Part shown: positions 9,007 through 19,338 of the stretch, one piece after another
How positions within the stretch are numbered: position 1 is the stretch's first letter
Layout of the letters: each line of letters begins with the position of its first letter
Program-made: the position numbers and the translations under genes
The notes under the pieces: generated by a model
Database searches by the model: none
What the model was told of the DNA's origin: nothing
What the model saw: only the letters and a program-made list of their open reading frames with translations
Assembly (NCBI GenBank): GCA_009886115.1
Contig: VFJJ01000018.1
Coordinates: 62,001-110,115 of the forward strand
Length of the DNA: 48,115 bases
Source of the DNA: Actinomycetota bacterium
Lineage (GTDB): Bacteria > Actinomycetota > Acidimicrobiia > IMCC26256 > VFJJ01
Direction: 5' to 3'

Positions 9007-9801
9007 TCAGCCGACATGGTGGTAGAGGAACTGGGCGATCATCGACGACACCTGATCGGGGACCTCGAGCTGGTTGAAGTGGCCGCCTCCGACGGTCCAC
9101 CCCGTCACCAGGCCCGGCAGGGCCGCTGCCATCTCGTGCGGCGCGTTGAACGGCGAGGCGGCGGCGATGTGCAGTGCAGGCACGGTGCAGGCGCCGGCGG
9201 CCGCGATGCCGTCCCACGACATGAAGCTCCGCCAGCAGGCGCGCGTCACGTGCTCGGGCGTGCCGATCATGACATCGGCGACGCGCTGCTTGAGCGCCGG
9301 GTCGGAGCGGGGCAGGAACATCCCGTCGATGAGCAGGCGCTGGGTGTCGCGCAGGGCGTCCGACTCGATGGCAGCCGTGAGTTGGCCGACGTCGGGGGGT
9401 CGCAACGGCGACGGGTCGACCATCACCACGGCGCGGGTGGCGCTCGGATGGGTGGCGGCGAGCTGCAGCGCGATGGCCCCACCCATCGAGTGTCCGATCA
9501 CGACCGGACGATCGAGAGCGAGCTCACCGATCACCCAGGCGAGGTCGTCGGCGAGTTGGGTGACGGTGTAGGGCCCATCGACGGGGGCGAGGGATGCCCC
9601 GTGGCCTCGGAGGTCGACCGAGACGCACCGGTGCCGAGCCGACAGCTCGGCGACCTGGGGGGCGAAGAAGCTTCGGTTGCACGTCCAACCGTGCACGAAG
9701 ACCAGGTCGGAACCCGAGGGCGGTCCCGTGGCGGGCGCCGTCGTCGGACCGGCCTCGTCGTAGGCGAGCGCCACACCGTCCCTGACGAGTGTTCGATCCA
9801 C
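9007..9801 (-). CDS. Alpha/beta hydrolase
   Basis: 'VFVHGW', 'DLRGHGAS', nucleophile elbow 'GHSMGG', 'GHFNQLE'. Confidence 0.92.
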   Translation of the reverse strand: MDRTLVRDGVALAYDEAGPTTAPATGPPSGSDLVFVHGWTCNRSFFAPQVAELSARHRCVSVDLRGHGASLAPVDGPYTVTQLADDLAWVIGELALDRPVVIGHSMGGAIALQLAATHPSATRAVVMVDPSPLRPPDVGQLTAAIESDALRDTQRLLIDGMFLPRSDPALKQRVADVMIGTPEHVTRACWRSFMSWDGIAAAGACTVPALHIAAASPFNAPHEMAAALPGLVTGWTVGGGHFNQLEVPDQVSSMIAQFLYHHVG

Positions 9802-9843
9802 GATCGGTCTCCAGCTCGGGTCGGGCTGCCTGGCCGTTGGGCA

Positions 9844-9875
9844 ACGGGTCGGCTACGGGTCGGCTACGGGTCGGC
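9844..9875. repeat. (ACGGGTCGGCT) x3 11-bp tandem repeat in a divergent intergenic region
   Basis: Read directly. Confidence 0.85.
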
Positions 9876-9936
9876 GCAGCTTCGCAGAGGCTTCGACGAC
9901 GTGCACGACGACCTCGGCCTGAGGCAGGCTCGGGGT

Positions 9937-10152
9937 ATGGCCGCCGATATCTGGGAGTCGATCACCGTTGCCGACCTGCGCCCGGGCGACCGGGTGCGTC
10001 TCCGGGGGGAGTTCGAGTTCGACGTGGCCCGCATCGACGCGCCCTTCCTCGGGATGGACGCCATGGTGTGCATCATCGAGGACACGCCCGCACGCTGGCA
10101 CGCCTACGCTGCGCCGCTGGTCGAGCCCGTCGAGGCTCGGCGAGCCGGCTGA
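9937..10152 (+). CDS. Small hypothetical protein (71 aa, beta-rich)
   Basis: 'MAADIWESITVADLRPGDRVRLRGEFEFDV...'; GC3-rich codon usage. Confidence 0.7.
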   Translation: MAADIWESITVADLRPGDRVRLRGEFEFDVARIDAPFLGMDAMVCIIEDTPARWHAYAAPLVEPVEARRAG

Positions 10153-10257
10153 CCGTCGCCGCCCACCGACACGCTCTTCACCGCGGAAGCGTCAACCTTC
10201 GCGCAACCATCGCCAGCCAACGGCGCATTGCGACGACGATCTGAGAGGACGACGAAC

Positions 10258-10695
10258 ATGGAGCTGTGGGAGCTGGTGGCGCGCGAGAGCGCACGAGACC
10301 TGGTGCACCGCTACGCCGCCAACGTCGACAGCGGCCGGTTCGACCAGGTCGTCGAGTTGTTCGCCCCCGATGCGGTGATGGACATCGAGGGACGCCTGTA
10401 CGAGGGCCAGGACGAGATCCGCACGATCTTCCAGGGCGCATACGACGGACTGCAGGCCGCCGAGCCGCGCTGGCTCCGGCACTGCATCTCGACCCATCAG
10501 ATCGACGTGGTCTCGCCCACGCAGGCCAAGGGACGGGTCTACTACCACGTGCTCATGGCCCACGGGCTCGACCACTGGGGTCGCTACGTCGACGACTACG
10601 GCCTGGTCGACGGCCGCTGGGTGTTCACCAGGCGCCGCGAGATCATGGACGGCACGGTCGAAGGCGGCTGGGGCGCGAGCAACTCGGCTGGGTGA
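10258..10695 (+). CDS. SnoaL-like/NTF2 family protein
   Basis: 'ARDLVHRYAANVDSG...LFAPDA...RH...GRYVDDY...WVFTRR'; GAGGA RBS. Confidence 0.9.
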   Translation: MELWELVARESARDLVHRYAANVDSGRFDQVVELFAPDAVMDIEGRLYEGQDEIRTIFQGAYDGLQAAEPRWLRHCISTHQIDVVSPTQAKGRVYYHVLMAHGLDHWGRYVDDYGLVDGRWVFTRRREIMDGTVEGGWGASNSAG

Positions 10696-10707
10696 TTCCG
10701 CGGGCGG

Positions 10708-11159
10708 TCAGCCCCGGCGTGGGTTGCGCTCGACCAGACGCTGGTAGGGCGCCAGCTCGGCGGAGGCTTCCACGGCCAACATCGCGCCGATGCCGCCATG
10801 GCAGAACCCGGGCGGGCCGGTGAAGCGCTTCGACAGGAAGGCCGTCCCCTCGACGACGCCATCGATGAGACGGATGTGGACGTCGGGGCGTACCGGGCTG
10901 CAGCGGCCGACGATGGGGTTGATCGGCATCAGCTCCTCGGGTCTGCGCCGGTCGACGTCGGAACCGGCCAGCCCCGAGAAGTACGAGTCGGTGCTCGTCC
11001 GGGCGCGCAGGCGAGCGGTGAGGTCGGCGACGGCTGCGGAGACCGCCGCGATCTCGGACGGTTCGATGTCGGTCTCGACGACGGCGTCGCCAACGCCCGC
11101 ACCGAAGCGGCAAGGTTGATGACCGCGTCGCGCCGGGCGATCCGATCGTCGTTGGTCAT
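10708..11159 (-). pseudogene. PaaI-type (hotdog) thioesterase pseudogene: frameshift near 11090 plus apparent internal deletion
   Basis: MTNDDRIARRDAVINLAASVRAL/frameshift/DAVVETDIE...NPIVGRCSP...FTGPPGFCHGGIGAMLA, then jumps to a short tail. Confidence 0.72.
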
Positions 11160-11181
11160 CGGGGTCCCTCGGGTCGATGTG

Positions 11182-12324
11182 TCAGCGGGCTTTGGGGAAG
11201 CCCAGGTGACGTTCGGCGATGTTGTTGCGGTTGACCTCGCTGGTGCCGCCGTAGATCGTGGTGACCGGGGCGTGGCGGGCGTCGTAGTCGACGTAGCCCT
11301 CGGCGGCGGCGCCGGGCTCGTGGAAGTGGAGCAACCCTGCGGGTCCGGCCATCTGCTGACACCACGCCGCGGCCTTCTGGTAGGCCTCGGTGGCGAACAC
11401 CTTGACCATCGAACCTTCGAGTCCGGGCAGGCCGCCACTCGCGGCGATCCAGGCTGCCTTCTGTGTGAGGAGGCTGGCAACGACGTTGTCGATGGCGATG
11501 CGGGCGAGACGCTCACGCACGATGGGCTCGTCGAGCAGGCCGGTGCCCCGGGCCCAGTGATGGAAGTGACGCACCAGCGAGACGCCCGACGCCGTTCCGC
11601 CCATCACGCCGCGCTCGAAGGCCAGGGCCACGCCCATCGTGCGCCAGCCTCCGTTGACCTCGCCGAGCACGCACTCCGACCCGACCCGGACGTTGTCGTA
11701 GAACGTGGCGTTCGTGCGCTCGGAACCCATGGTGCGGACGGGTTCGATGCTGATGCCCGGAGTGTCCATCGGCAACAGGAACATCGTGAGGCCCTTGTGC
11801 TTGGGCACGTCGGGGTCGGTGCGCGTGAGCAAGAGGATCCACTGGGCTTCGTGGGCCAGGCTCGTCCACATCTTGGCCCCGTCGATGACCCATTCGTCGC
11901 CGTCGCGGACGGCCCTGGTGGTGATCGAGGCCACGTCGCTGCCGTGGTCGGGCTCGCTGTAGCCCAAGCTCACGAGCGTCTCGCCGGAGAGGATCGACGG
12001 GATGACGGTCTGCTTCTGGAGGTCGCTGCCCACGTGGTTGATGACGCCGGCAGCCAACAACGCCACGGAGATCCCGTCGTAGCCGACCCCCGACTTGTCG
12101 AGCTCGTTGAACAGGATCCAGAGCTCGATGGGATCGCCCCGGCCGAGGCCGGGACAGGCTCGTTCGAGGAGCCCCGACGCCGCCAGCGCCCGGTTGACCT
12201 CAAGGCTGTTGAACGTGCCGGTCTGGTGCTGACGGTCGATCACCTCGGCGGTGCCGACCTCGCGCAGGATGCGCTTGATCTCGGATCGGAACTGCTCGGC
12301 CTGCTCGCTGAGGGTGAACTCCAT
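11182..12324 (-). CDS. Acyl-CoA dehydrogenase (likely catalytic subunit of a heteromeric pair)
   Basis: 'LGYSEPDHGSD', 'GAKMWTS', 'ALAFERG', 'TIYGGTSEV'. Confidence 0.93.
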   Translation of the reverse strand: MEFTLSEQAEQFRSEIKRILREVGTAEVIDRQHQTGTFNSLEVNRALAASGLLERACPGLGRGDPIELWILFNELDKSGVGYDGISVALLAAGVINHVGSDLQKQTVIPSILSGETLVSLGYSEPDHGSDVASITTRAVRDGDEWVIDGAKMWTSLAHEAQWILLLTRTDPDVPKHKGLTMFLLPMDTPGISIEPVRTMGSERTNATFYDNVRVGSECVLGEVNGGWRTMGVALAFERGVMGGTASGVSLVRHFHHWARGTGLLDEPIVRERLARIAIDNVVASLLTQKAAWIAASGGLPGLEGSMVKVFATEAYQKAAAWCQQMAGPAGLLHFHEPGAAAEGYVDYDARHAPVTTIYGGTSEVNRNNIAERHLGFPKAR

Positions 12325-12325
12325 C

Positions 12326-13396
12326 TCAGCGGCCCGTCGCCGGTGCGGTGGCGGGGCCGAACAGGCGCTCGGCCACGCCCAGGCACTCGGTGGAGGGATC
12401 GCCGAGGACGAGCGCCCATCCCCGGGCTCGCCGGTAGTAGAGCTGGATGTCGTACTCCTGGGCATAGCCGTAGCCCCCGTGGAAGTGGAGGCTCCGGTCG
12501 GTGGCGTGGGCCGCCGCCTGGCCGGCGAAGACGATCGCCATTCCGGCCAGCGTCGGGTAGTCGTCGATCTCGTTGTCGTCGATGTCGATCGTCCCCCTGA
12601 GACCAGCGCGGGCCCGGTCGCCGGCCCATGCGGCCTTGTGGGTGAGCAGGCGGGCACCTTCGATGAGGATCGGGAGGTCGGCCATGGCGTGCTGGACGGC
12701 CTGGAACGAGGCGATCGGAACCCCGAACTGCTTGCGCACCTTGACGTAGTCGACACCGATCGCCAGTGCGGCGTCGGCGATCCCGACCAGTGCGGCTGCG
12801 GTGAGGGTTCGCCACTCGTCGAGCGCCGGCGCCAACGCCGAGGCCGGGCCGATCACGGTGCGCTCGACCTCGGCGCTCGACCGCCCGGACCGACCCGCTC
12901 GGGCTGGCCGGTCGGCCAGCGGGGCGCAGGCGTGATTGCGCGGCGCCCGCCCGGGTGGATCGGATCGGACAGCTATGAGGTCGTTGCCGTCGACACCGAC
13001 GACGACATCGGCAACGGCCCCGCCCGGTACGAGGCGCCACACGCCGTCGGCATCAGCGGGCCGCAGCGCCACCGTCGCGATGCCCTGTCCCGCGACGATG
13101 TCGGGCTCGGGGTGGAGCCGCGACGCCACGAGGTGCTCGATGAGCGGTACGGGTGCGATCGCCCGACCGAGCTCTTCGGCCACCACGATGAGCTCGGAGA
13201 GCGTCGCGGCGGCCCCGCCGTGGTCTTCCGGTACTGCCATCCCGGCGGCACCGGTCTCCAACAGCCGCGTCCAGAGCACGTCGTCGAAGCCCAGCGGCTC
13301 GGCCGCCCGGGCGATCGAGACGGGCGACTCCTTGGTGAAGAAGTCGGCGAAGACGTCCCTGATCGCTCGCTGATCGTCGGAAAGCGAGAGGTCCAC
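12326..13396 (-). CDS. Acyl-CoA dehydrogenase (partner subunit of a heteromeric pair)
   Basis: 'RKQFGVPIASFQAVQH', 'FHGGYG...DIQLYYRRA'; degenerate N-terminal FAD motif; 1 nt from the next gene. Confidence 0.92.
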   Translation of the reverse strand: MDLSLSDDQRAIRDVFADFFTKESPVSIARAAEPLGFDDVLWTRLLETGAAGMAVPEDHGGAAATLSELIVVAEELGRAIAPVPLIEHLVASRLHPEPDIVAGQGIATVALRPADADGVWRLVPGGAVADVVVGVDGNDLIAVRSDPPGRAPRNHACAPLADRPARAGRSGRSSAEVERTVIGPASALAPALDEWRTLTAAALVGIADAALAIGVDYVKVRKQFGVPIASFQAVQHAMADLPILIEGARLLTHKAAWAGDRARAGLRGTIDIDDNEIDDYPTLAGMAIVFAGQAAAHATDRSLHFHGGYGYAQEYDIQLYYRRARGWALVLGDPSTECLGVAERLFGPATAPATGR

Positions 13397-13556
13397 ACCG
13401 CATCCTCGGTCATGGGCCGAACCCTTCGCCACCCGGGGGGCGAAACGGCCGGCACGACCCAGACCAGCGGCAACACGACGTGCGAGATACTTCCGATGAT
13501 CGACGAGCCCGCACCCGAGCAGGCAATCGCCGAGCGCGAGCTCGGAGCCTGAGCCT

Positions 13557-14390
13557 TCAGACGGGAACGTCGCCCGTGATGGTGACCCGGTGCAGCGTCC
13601 GCTCGTGGCCGGCGGTGTCGCCGATGACGGCGTGCTGGGTGCAACGGTTGTCCCAGATGATGAGGTCGCCGACACGCCATCGATGGCGCCAGGTGAGCTC
13701 GGGACGCGATGCCTGCGTGTACAGGTACTGAAGCAGCGGGGCGCTCTCGTCGTCGGTCCAGCCCTCGAATCGCTTGGTGTAGTTGCCGTTCACGAAGAGG
13801 CTGCGCCGGCCGGTCTCGGGGTGGGTGCGCACCACGGGGTGCGACGACGTGACGGCATCGGTGTCGACGCCGGCTTCCTTGGCCAGCTCGGTTCCCTGGT
13901 GGATGGCCCGGAGCCCGTCGAGCGTGGTCCGGAGCCCATCGCTCAGGGTCTCGTAGGCGAGGTACTGGTTGGCGAACATGGTGTCGCCGCCCACGGGCGG
14001 GAGCACGCGGGCGAGCAGCAGGGTCATCGCCGGGGGCGCGGCCACGTGGGTCGTGTCGGCGTGCCAGGTGGTGGTGACGGGGTTGGGGTCGTAGATGCGC
14101 ATCACCCCGGGATACCCGTCGATCGACGGTACGTAGGGATGCACCGACACCTCGCCCCAGTGCCGGGCGAAGGCCAGCTGGTCGTCGGGCGTCATCGCCG
14201 ACTGGTCCCGGATGCAGATCACGAGATGGTCGAGGAGCGCGCGACGCAGGAACGCCACCGTTTCGGTGGCACGGGGGCCAGCCCAGTCGAGCCCGGCCAG
14301 CTCGATGCCGGTGATGTGAGCGCCGATCGCGCCGGCCTGGCGGGTGACCGTGGCGGCGATGGCGGCAGTCGCCGCTGCTCCGGTTGTCAT
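13557..14390 (-). CDS. TauD/TfdA family Fe(II)/2-oxoglutarate dioxygenase
   Basis: 'WHADTT' (HxD), 'GGDTMF', 'HPVVRTHPETGR', 'WDNRCTQH'. Confidence 0.93.
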   Translation of the reverse strand: MTTGAAATAAIAATVTRQAGAIGAHITGIELAGLDWAGPRATETVAFLRRALLDHLVICIRDQSAMTPDDQLAFARHWGEVSVHPYVPSIDGYPGVMRIYDPNPVTTTWHADTTHVAAPPAMTLLLARVLPPVGGDTMFANQYLAYETLSDGLRTTLDGLRAIHQGTELAKEAGVDTDAVTSSHPVVRTHPETGRRSLFVNGNYTKRFEGWTDDESAPLLQYLYTQASRPELTWRHRWRVGDLIIWDNRCTQHAVIGDTAGHERTLHRVTITGDVPV

Positions 14391-14544
14391 CGTGCACTCC
14401 TCGGGCGTTCTGGCTCAGCGGGTTGCGATGGAAGCTACCAACACACGGGACGGCCGTCGGGCGTGGCTCATTCGTCACGACCCCTCGCGACCCGGCAAGC
14501 TGTTGGTGTCTGAGCCTGTTGGGCCCACTACTCGGAGGATCGCC

Positions 14545-15720
14545 ATGGAACCGATCACGTTCAAGGCCTTCGACGCCGACAACCACTACTACGAGGCCGA
14601 GGACGCGTTCATCCGCCACGTTCCCAAGGACATGCGCAAGCGCTGCATGCAGTGGGTGGAGCTCGACGGCCGACGCCGGCTGCTCGTGGGGGGCCGTCTC
14701 AACCGGTTCATCCCCAACCCCACCTTCGATCCCGTCGCCCGTCCGGGCTGTCTCGACCAGTACTTCAGGGCCAAGGAGTCGGCGTCCGACATGCGGGCGG
14801 CCTTCGGCGAACTGGTGCCGATCAGCCCGGCGTACCGCGACCGCGACGCCCGTCTCGCCGTCATGGACGACCAGGGTCTCGAGGCGATGTTCATGTTCCC
14901 CACGCTCGGGGTGGGGATGGAAGCGGCGCTCGAGCACGACCCCGAAGCGCTGCAGGTCGCGTTCCGTGCCTTCAACCGCTGGCTCGACGACGACTGGGGC
15001 CTCAACTTCGCCAATCGCATCCACAGCCCGGCCTGCATCAACCTGGGTGACATCGACGCCGCGGTCTCCGAGCTGCAGTGGGCCCTCGACCGGGGTGCTC
15101 GGGCCGTCAACATCAGGGCCTCGTCGGTGAAGGGCCTCGACGGCGCTCGACGTTCGCTCGGCAACCCGGTCCACGAGCCGTTCTGGGCATTGCTGAACGA
15201 GGCCGGCATCGTGCTGGCCATCCACTCGGGCGACGCCGGCTACGGGTTCATGCACGAGCACTGGGGCCAAGACGCCGAGTTCGAAGCCTTCCGCTACTCG
15301 GCGTTCAAGACGCTCATCACCATGTCGCCCATCAGCGACGCCCTCGCATCGCTCATCGGCGAAGGCGTGCTCACGCGCTTCCCCCGCATCCGGGTCGCGA
15401 CCATCGAGAGCGGCAGCGAGTGGGTGGGGCCGCTGTTCAAGAAGTTCAAGAAGGCCTACGGGCAGCACGCCTACGCCTTCGCCGAGGACCCCATCGAGAC
15501 CTTCCGCCGCGCCGTGTCGGTGTCGCCCTACTACGAGGACGATCTGCTGGCGCTTCGGGAGTCGATCGGGGCGTCGCAGATCATCTTCGGCAGCGACTGG
15601 CCCCACGCCGAGGGGCTGCCGAACCCGGTCGACTTCGTGTACGACCTCGAGGGCTTCACCGACGCCGAGGTCCGCATGATCATGCGCGACAACGGGATGC
15701 AGCTCGTCGAGGCCGTCTGA
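14545..15720 (+). CDS. Amidohydrolase_2 family protein
   Basis: 'FDADNHYYE', 'AIHSGD', 'TIESGSEW', 'FGSDWPHAEG'; GGAGG RBS. Confidence 0.93.
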   Translation: MEPITFKAFDADNHYYEAEDAFIRHVPKDMRKRCMQWVELDGRRRLLVGGRLNRFIPNPTFDPVARPGCLDQYFRAKESASDMRAAFGELVPISPAYRDRDARLAVMDDQGLEAMFMFPTLGVGMEAALEHDPEALQVAFRAFNRWLDDDWGLNFANRIHSPACINLGDIDAAVSELQWALDRGARAVNIRASSVKGLDGARRSLGNPVHEPFWALLNEAGIVLAIHSGDAGYGFMHEHWGQDAEFEAFRYSAFKTLITMSPISDALASLIGEGVLTRFPRIRVATIESGSEWVGPLFKKFKKAYGQHAYAFAEDPIETFRRAVSVSPYYEDDLLALRESIGASQIIFGSDWPHAEGLPNPVDFVYDLEGFTDAEVRMIMRDNGMQLVEAV

Positions 15721-15780
15721 ACGTCGGGCTGTTCCCGGCCCCGGTCAGACGGGGATGCCCATGTCGAGCGAGGCGGGCTC

Positions 15781-17604
15781 ATGTACGACCTGGTGATCCG
15801 GGGCGGCACCGTCGTCGACGGGACGGGTGCCGCGCCGCGCGTCGCCGATGTCGCCGTGATCGGCGGGCGCATCGTGGCCGTGGGGGCGAGCGGCGAGCCG
15901 GGCGGTCCATCCGCTGACGTCCCCGCCGTCGAGACGATCGACGCCACGGGGCTCGTGGTGACGCCCGGCTACGTCGACGTGCACACGCACTACGACGGGC
16001 AGGTCACCTGGGACCCGCTGCTTGCCCCGAGTTGCTGGCACGGCGTCACCACCGTCGTGCTCGGCAACTGCGGCGTGGGCTTCGCTCCTGTCAGGCCCGA
16101 CCAGAGGGCCTGGCTCGTGCAGCTCATGGAAGGCGTCGAGGACATCCCCGGCACGGCGCTGCACGACGGCATCCGCTGGAACTGGGAGAGCTTCCCCGAG
16201 TACCTCGACGCGCTCGACGCCATGCCCCGCGCGCTCGACGTCGCCGCCCAGATGCCCCACGGGGCGTTGCGGGCCTACGTGATGGGCGAGCGCGGCGCCG
16301 ACAACGAGCCGGCCACCGAGGCCGAGATCGCAGAGATGGCCGGGCTGGTCGGCGAGGCGGTGGCCGCCGGGGCGATCGGGTTCTCCACCAACCGCCTGGC
16401 GATGCACACCGCCAAGGACGGCCGTCCCGTGCCCGGCACCCACGCCTCGATCGAGGAGCTGTTCGCCATCGGACGGGCCATGGCGGGCGCCGGCAGCGCG
16501 GTGATGGAGGTGATCTCCAGTGAGGCCATGGGCAACGTGGCTGACGGGTACACCCGCGATGTCGAGTGGACCTCAGAGCTGTCACGCGAGACGGGCCTGC
16601 CGATCACGTTGTGCCTGACGCAGGTCGACAATGCTCCCGACCGCTGGCGAGAGGTGCTGGAGCTCGTGGCCGAGGCTCGGGCCGCCGGGGCCGAGATCGT
16701 CCCGCAGGTGGCGGGGCGGCCGCTCGGGATTCTCCTCGGGCTCTCGACCAAGCACCAGTTCCAGGGGCGGCCGTCGTACGAGGAGATCGCCCACCTGCCC
16801 GTGGCCGATCGGGCCCGAGCGCTGGCCGACCCCGAGCGCCGGGCCCGGATCATGACCGAGACGTATGCGGGCTCGGGCATCGGCAACTTCGTGTCGCGCA
16901 TGCCGCACAAGGCGTTCCCGCTCGGCGCCGTGCCCGACTACGAGCCCGATCCGTCGACCAGCGTCGCCGCCATCGCGGCTCGGACGGCTCGCAGCGTCGA
17001 CGACGTCTTCTACGACCTGTTCTGCGAGCACGAAGGCCGTCAGCTCGTGCTGTTCGCGCTCGGCGGCTATGCCAACCAGAACTGCGACCACATCCACGAG
17101 ATGCTCACCGATTCCTCGACCGTCCTCGGCCTGGCCGACGGCGGGGCGCACTGCGGGCTCATCTGTGACGCGTCGGTGTACACGTCGATGCTCTCGCACT
17201 GGGTGCGCGACCGGCCTCGGGGCGCCAGGCTCACGCTCGAGGGCGCCGTCGCCAAGATGACGAGCCTCCCCGCTCGTCTCTACGGCCTCACCGACCGGGG
17301 TGTCGTCGCCCCGGGCATGAAGGCCGACCTCAACCTCATCGACCTCGGTCGACTCCAGCTGCGTCTCCCCGAGGTGGTCGACGACCTCCCGACGGGCGCG
17401 TCGCGGATCGTTCAACGGGCCGACGGCTACGTGGCGACGATCGTCACCGGACAGGTCGTGCTCCGCGACGGCGTGCACACCGGTGCCCGTCCCGGCCGCC
17501 TCGTGCGCGGGGTCGGAGCCCGCGTTGCTGCACGCGCCGGGACTGCCGGGACTGTCGGGACCGCGGGTGCGGCGCCAGCCGGCGTCGCCGAGGCCGGGAC
17601 GTAG
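15781..17604 (+). CDS. N-acyl-D-amino-acid deacylase family amidohydrolase
   Basis: 'PGYVDVHTHYDGQ', 'HGVTTVVLGNCGVGFAP', 'EGVEDIP', 'DGGAH'. Confidence 0.93.
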   Translation: MYDLVIRGGTVVDGTGAAPRVADVAVIGGRIVAVGASGEPGGPSADVPAVETIDATGLVVTPGYVDVHTHYDGQVTWDPLLAPSCWHGVTTVVLGNCGVGFAPVRPDQRAWLVQLMEGVEDIPGTALHDGIRWNWESFPEYLDALDAMPRALDVAAQMPHGALRAYVMGERGADNEPATEAEIAEMAGLVGEAVAAGAIGFSTNRLAMHTAKDGRPVPGTHASIEELFAIGRAMAGAGSAVMEVISSEAMGNVADGYTRDVEWTSELSRETGLPITLCLTQVDNAPDRWREVLELVAEARAAGAEIVPQVAGRPLGILLGLSTKHQFQGRPSYEEIAHLPVADRARALADPERRARIMTETYAGSGIGNFVSRMPHKAFPLGAVPDYEPDPSTSVAAIAARTARSVDDVFYDLFCEHEGRQLVLFALGGYANQNCDHIHEMLTDSSTVLGLADGGAHCGLICDASVYTSMLSHWVRDRPRGARLTLEGAVAKMTSLPARLYGLTDRGVVAPGMKADLNLIDLGRLQLRLPEVVDDLPTGASRIVQRADGYVATIVTGQVVLRDGVHTGARPGRLVRGVGARVAARAGTAGTVGTAGAAPAGVAEAGT

Positions 17605-17752
17605 CCGACGTGCGGTCGGGGTCGACGGCCCCCCAGCCTGAGCCAAGTCAGATTCGTGAATTCCGGACCTGTCGTGATGATGGCGCAGCGGCTCGTTGGT
17701 TGGAACCGACTCCGCCGCGGACCCGCCGCTCACCCGCCGGTACGATGAACAC

Positions 17753-18307
17753 ATGGCACTGCCGGCGCCGGCGAACACCAGTGATCTCTACGATCTCGAC
17801 CATCTCGAGCGACTGGCCAACTCGAACCCCGGTTGGGGAGCAATCGAGGTGATCGACGATGCGCTCTACTTCCAGCCGATGACGAGCGAGTTGCACAGCC
17901 TTCTGCTGGCGAAGCTGTGGCTGGCGTTGCACTCGGCCAGACCGGACGGTTGGCGTGTCGCGTTCGACACGTACATCCAACTGGGACCGCACAGGATGAC
18001 CAGGCCCGACGTGATGGCCTATCGCACCGATCGGCCCGTCGAGCGACGCGCCGTGCCCGAGATACCGGCCTTGATCATCGAGGTTCTCTCGTCGGATCGT
18101 GATCACGACCTCGTGACGAAGGTCGCCCTCTATCGACAAGCAGACGTGGCTCGCTACATCGTCATCGATCCCGACGGGAGCGATGGCTGGTGGATCCGCG
18201 ATCTGCTCGGCGGTGATCGGCAGGGGCGGGCCGGCGAGGTCTTCGTCCTCGACCTTCCCGGATGGCCGCAGGTTTCCCTCGATCTCGACACCCTTCTCGC
18301 AGATTGA
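17753..18307 (+). CDS. Uma2 family (PD-(D/E)xK-like) endonuclease
   Basis: 'IEVIDD...H', 'RPDV', 'LIIEVLSS...D...KVALY...V..YIVIDP'. Confidence 0.85.
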   Translation: MALPAPANTSDLYDLDHLERLANSNPGWGAIEVIDDALYFQPMTSELHSLLLAKLWLALHSARPDGWRVAFDTYIQLGPHRMTRPDVMAYRTDRPVERRAVPEIPALIIEVLSSDRDHDLVTKVALYRQADVARYIVIDPDGSDGWWIRDLLGGDRQGRAGEVFVLDLPGWPQVSLDLDTLLAD

Positions 18308-18365
18308 CCCGGGCGGCTCCACCGGTCGCTCCGGGCTGGACGACACACAAGGGGGACGCATCACG

Positions 18366-19223
18366 ATGGGAAAGCTCGACGGCAGGGTCGCGTTGATCAC
18401 CGGAGGGGCGCGGGGTCAGGGCCGCAGCCATGCGCTGCACCTGGCTCGGGAGGGGGCCGACATCGCGTTCTGCGACATCTCCGAGCCGCTGAAGACCCCG
18501 CTGTACAAGACCGCCACGGCTGCTGATCGGGTCGAGACCGAACGTCTGGTCAACGAGCTCGATCGGCGTTGCCTCGCCGTGGAGGCCGATGTTCGTGACC
18601 GCCCGGCGATCGAGGCGTTCGTGGCCCGCACGATGGACGAGTTCGGCCGCATCGACATCTGCCTCGCCAATGCCGGCATGACCGCCTTCGCCCCGGCGTG
18701 GGAGACGAGCTACGAGCTGTGGGACGAGACGGTCGACGTCTGCATGAACGGGGTCTGGAACATCTGTCGCAACGTGATGCCCCACATGATCGCGGCCAAG
18801 CGGGGCAACATCGTGATCACGTCGTCGAACGCCGGCGTGACGCCCATCCCCAACATCGCGCCGTACGTCGCGGCCAAGCACGGCATCACCGGGCTGATGA
18901 AGGTCCTCGCCGTCGAGCTGGCTCCGTTCAACATCCGGGTGAACTGCGTGCACCCGTGCGGGGTGAAGACCGACCTCACGATGAACCAGGCCGGGCTCGA
19001 CCTGTTCTCGGGCAAGGTGGGCGCCACGTTCGAGGAGGCCGAGCCGGCGATGAAGAGCCTGAACCTGCTCGACGTTGGGCTCATCGACCCGTCCGACGTG
19101 TCGGAGGCTGTGATGTTCCTCGTGAGCGACGCGTCCCGGTACGTCACCGGCTCGTCGCTGATGGTCGACGCCGGTACCACGATCTGTCCGCCCGGCTCTT
19201 TCCGAGGCTGGGACATCGCGTAG
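18366..19223 (+). CDS. SDR oxidoreductase, mycofactocin-associated type
   Basis: 'TGGARGQGRSHALHLAREGADI' with the characteristic insertion after the Asp; 'YVAAK'. Confidence 0.88.
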   Translation: MGKLDGRVALITGGARGQGRSHALHLAREGADIAFCDISEPLKTPLYKTATAADRVETERLVNELDRRCLAVEADVRDRPAIEAFVARTMDEFGRIDICLANAGMTAFAPAWETSYELWDETVDVCMNGVWNICRNVMPHMIAAKRGNIVITSSNAGVTPIPNIAPYVAAKHGITGLMKVLAVELAPFNIRVNCVHPCGVKTDLTMNQAGLDLFSGKVGATFEEAEPAMKSLNLLDVGLIDPSDVSEAVMFLVSDASRYVTGSSLMVDAGTTICPPGSFRGWDIA

Positions 19224-19338
19224 CTCGTCAGCCGGGCCGACTCGTCGCCCACCCCGGCACGGAGTCGACCACCGATCCTGCCGGCGCCCGGGCCCGTGAG
19301 CCCGGGGTCGGCCTCCGAGGCCGTGGCGCTCGTCGGCG

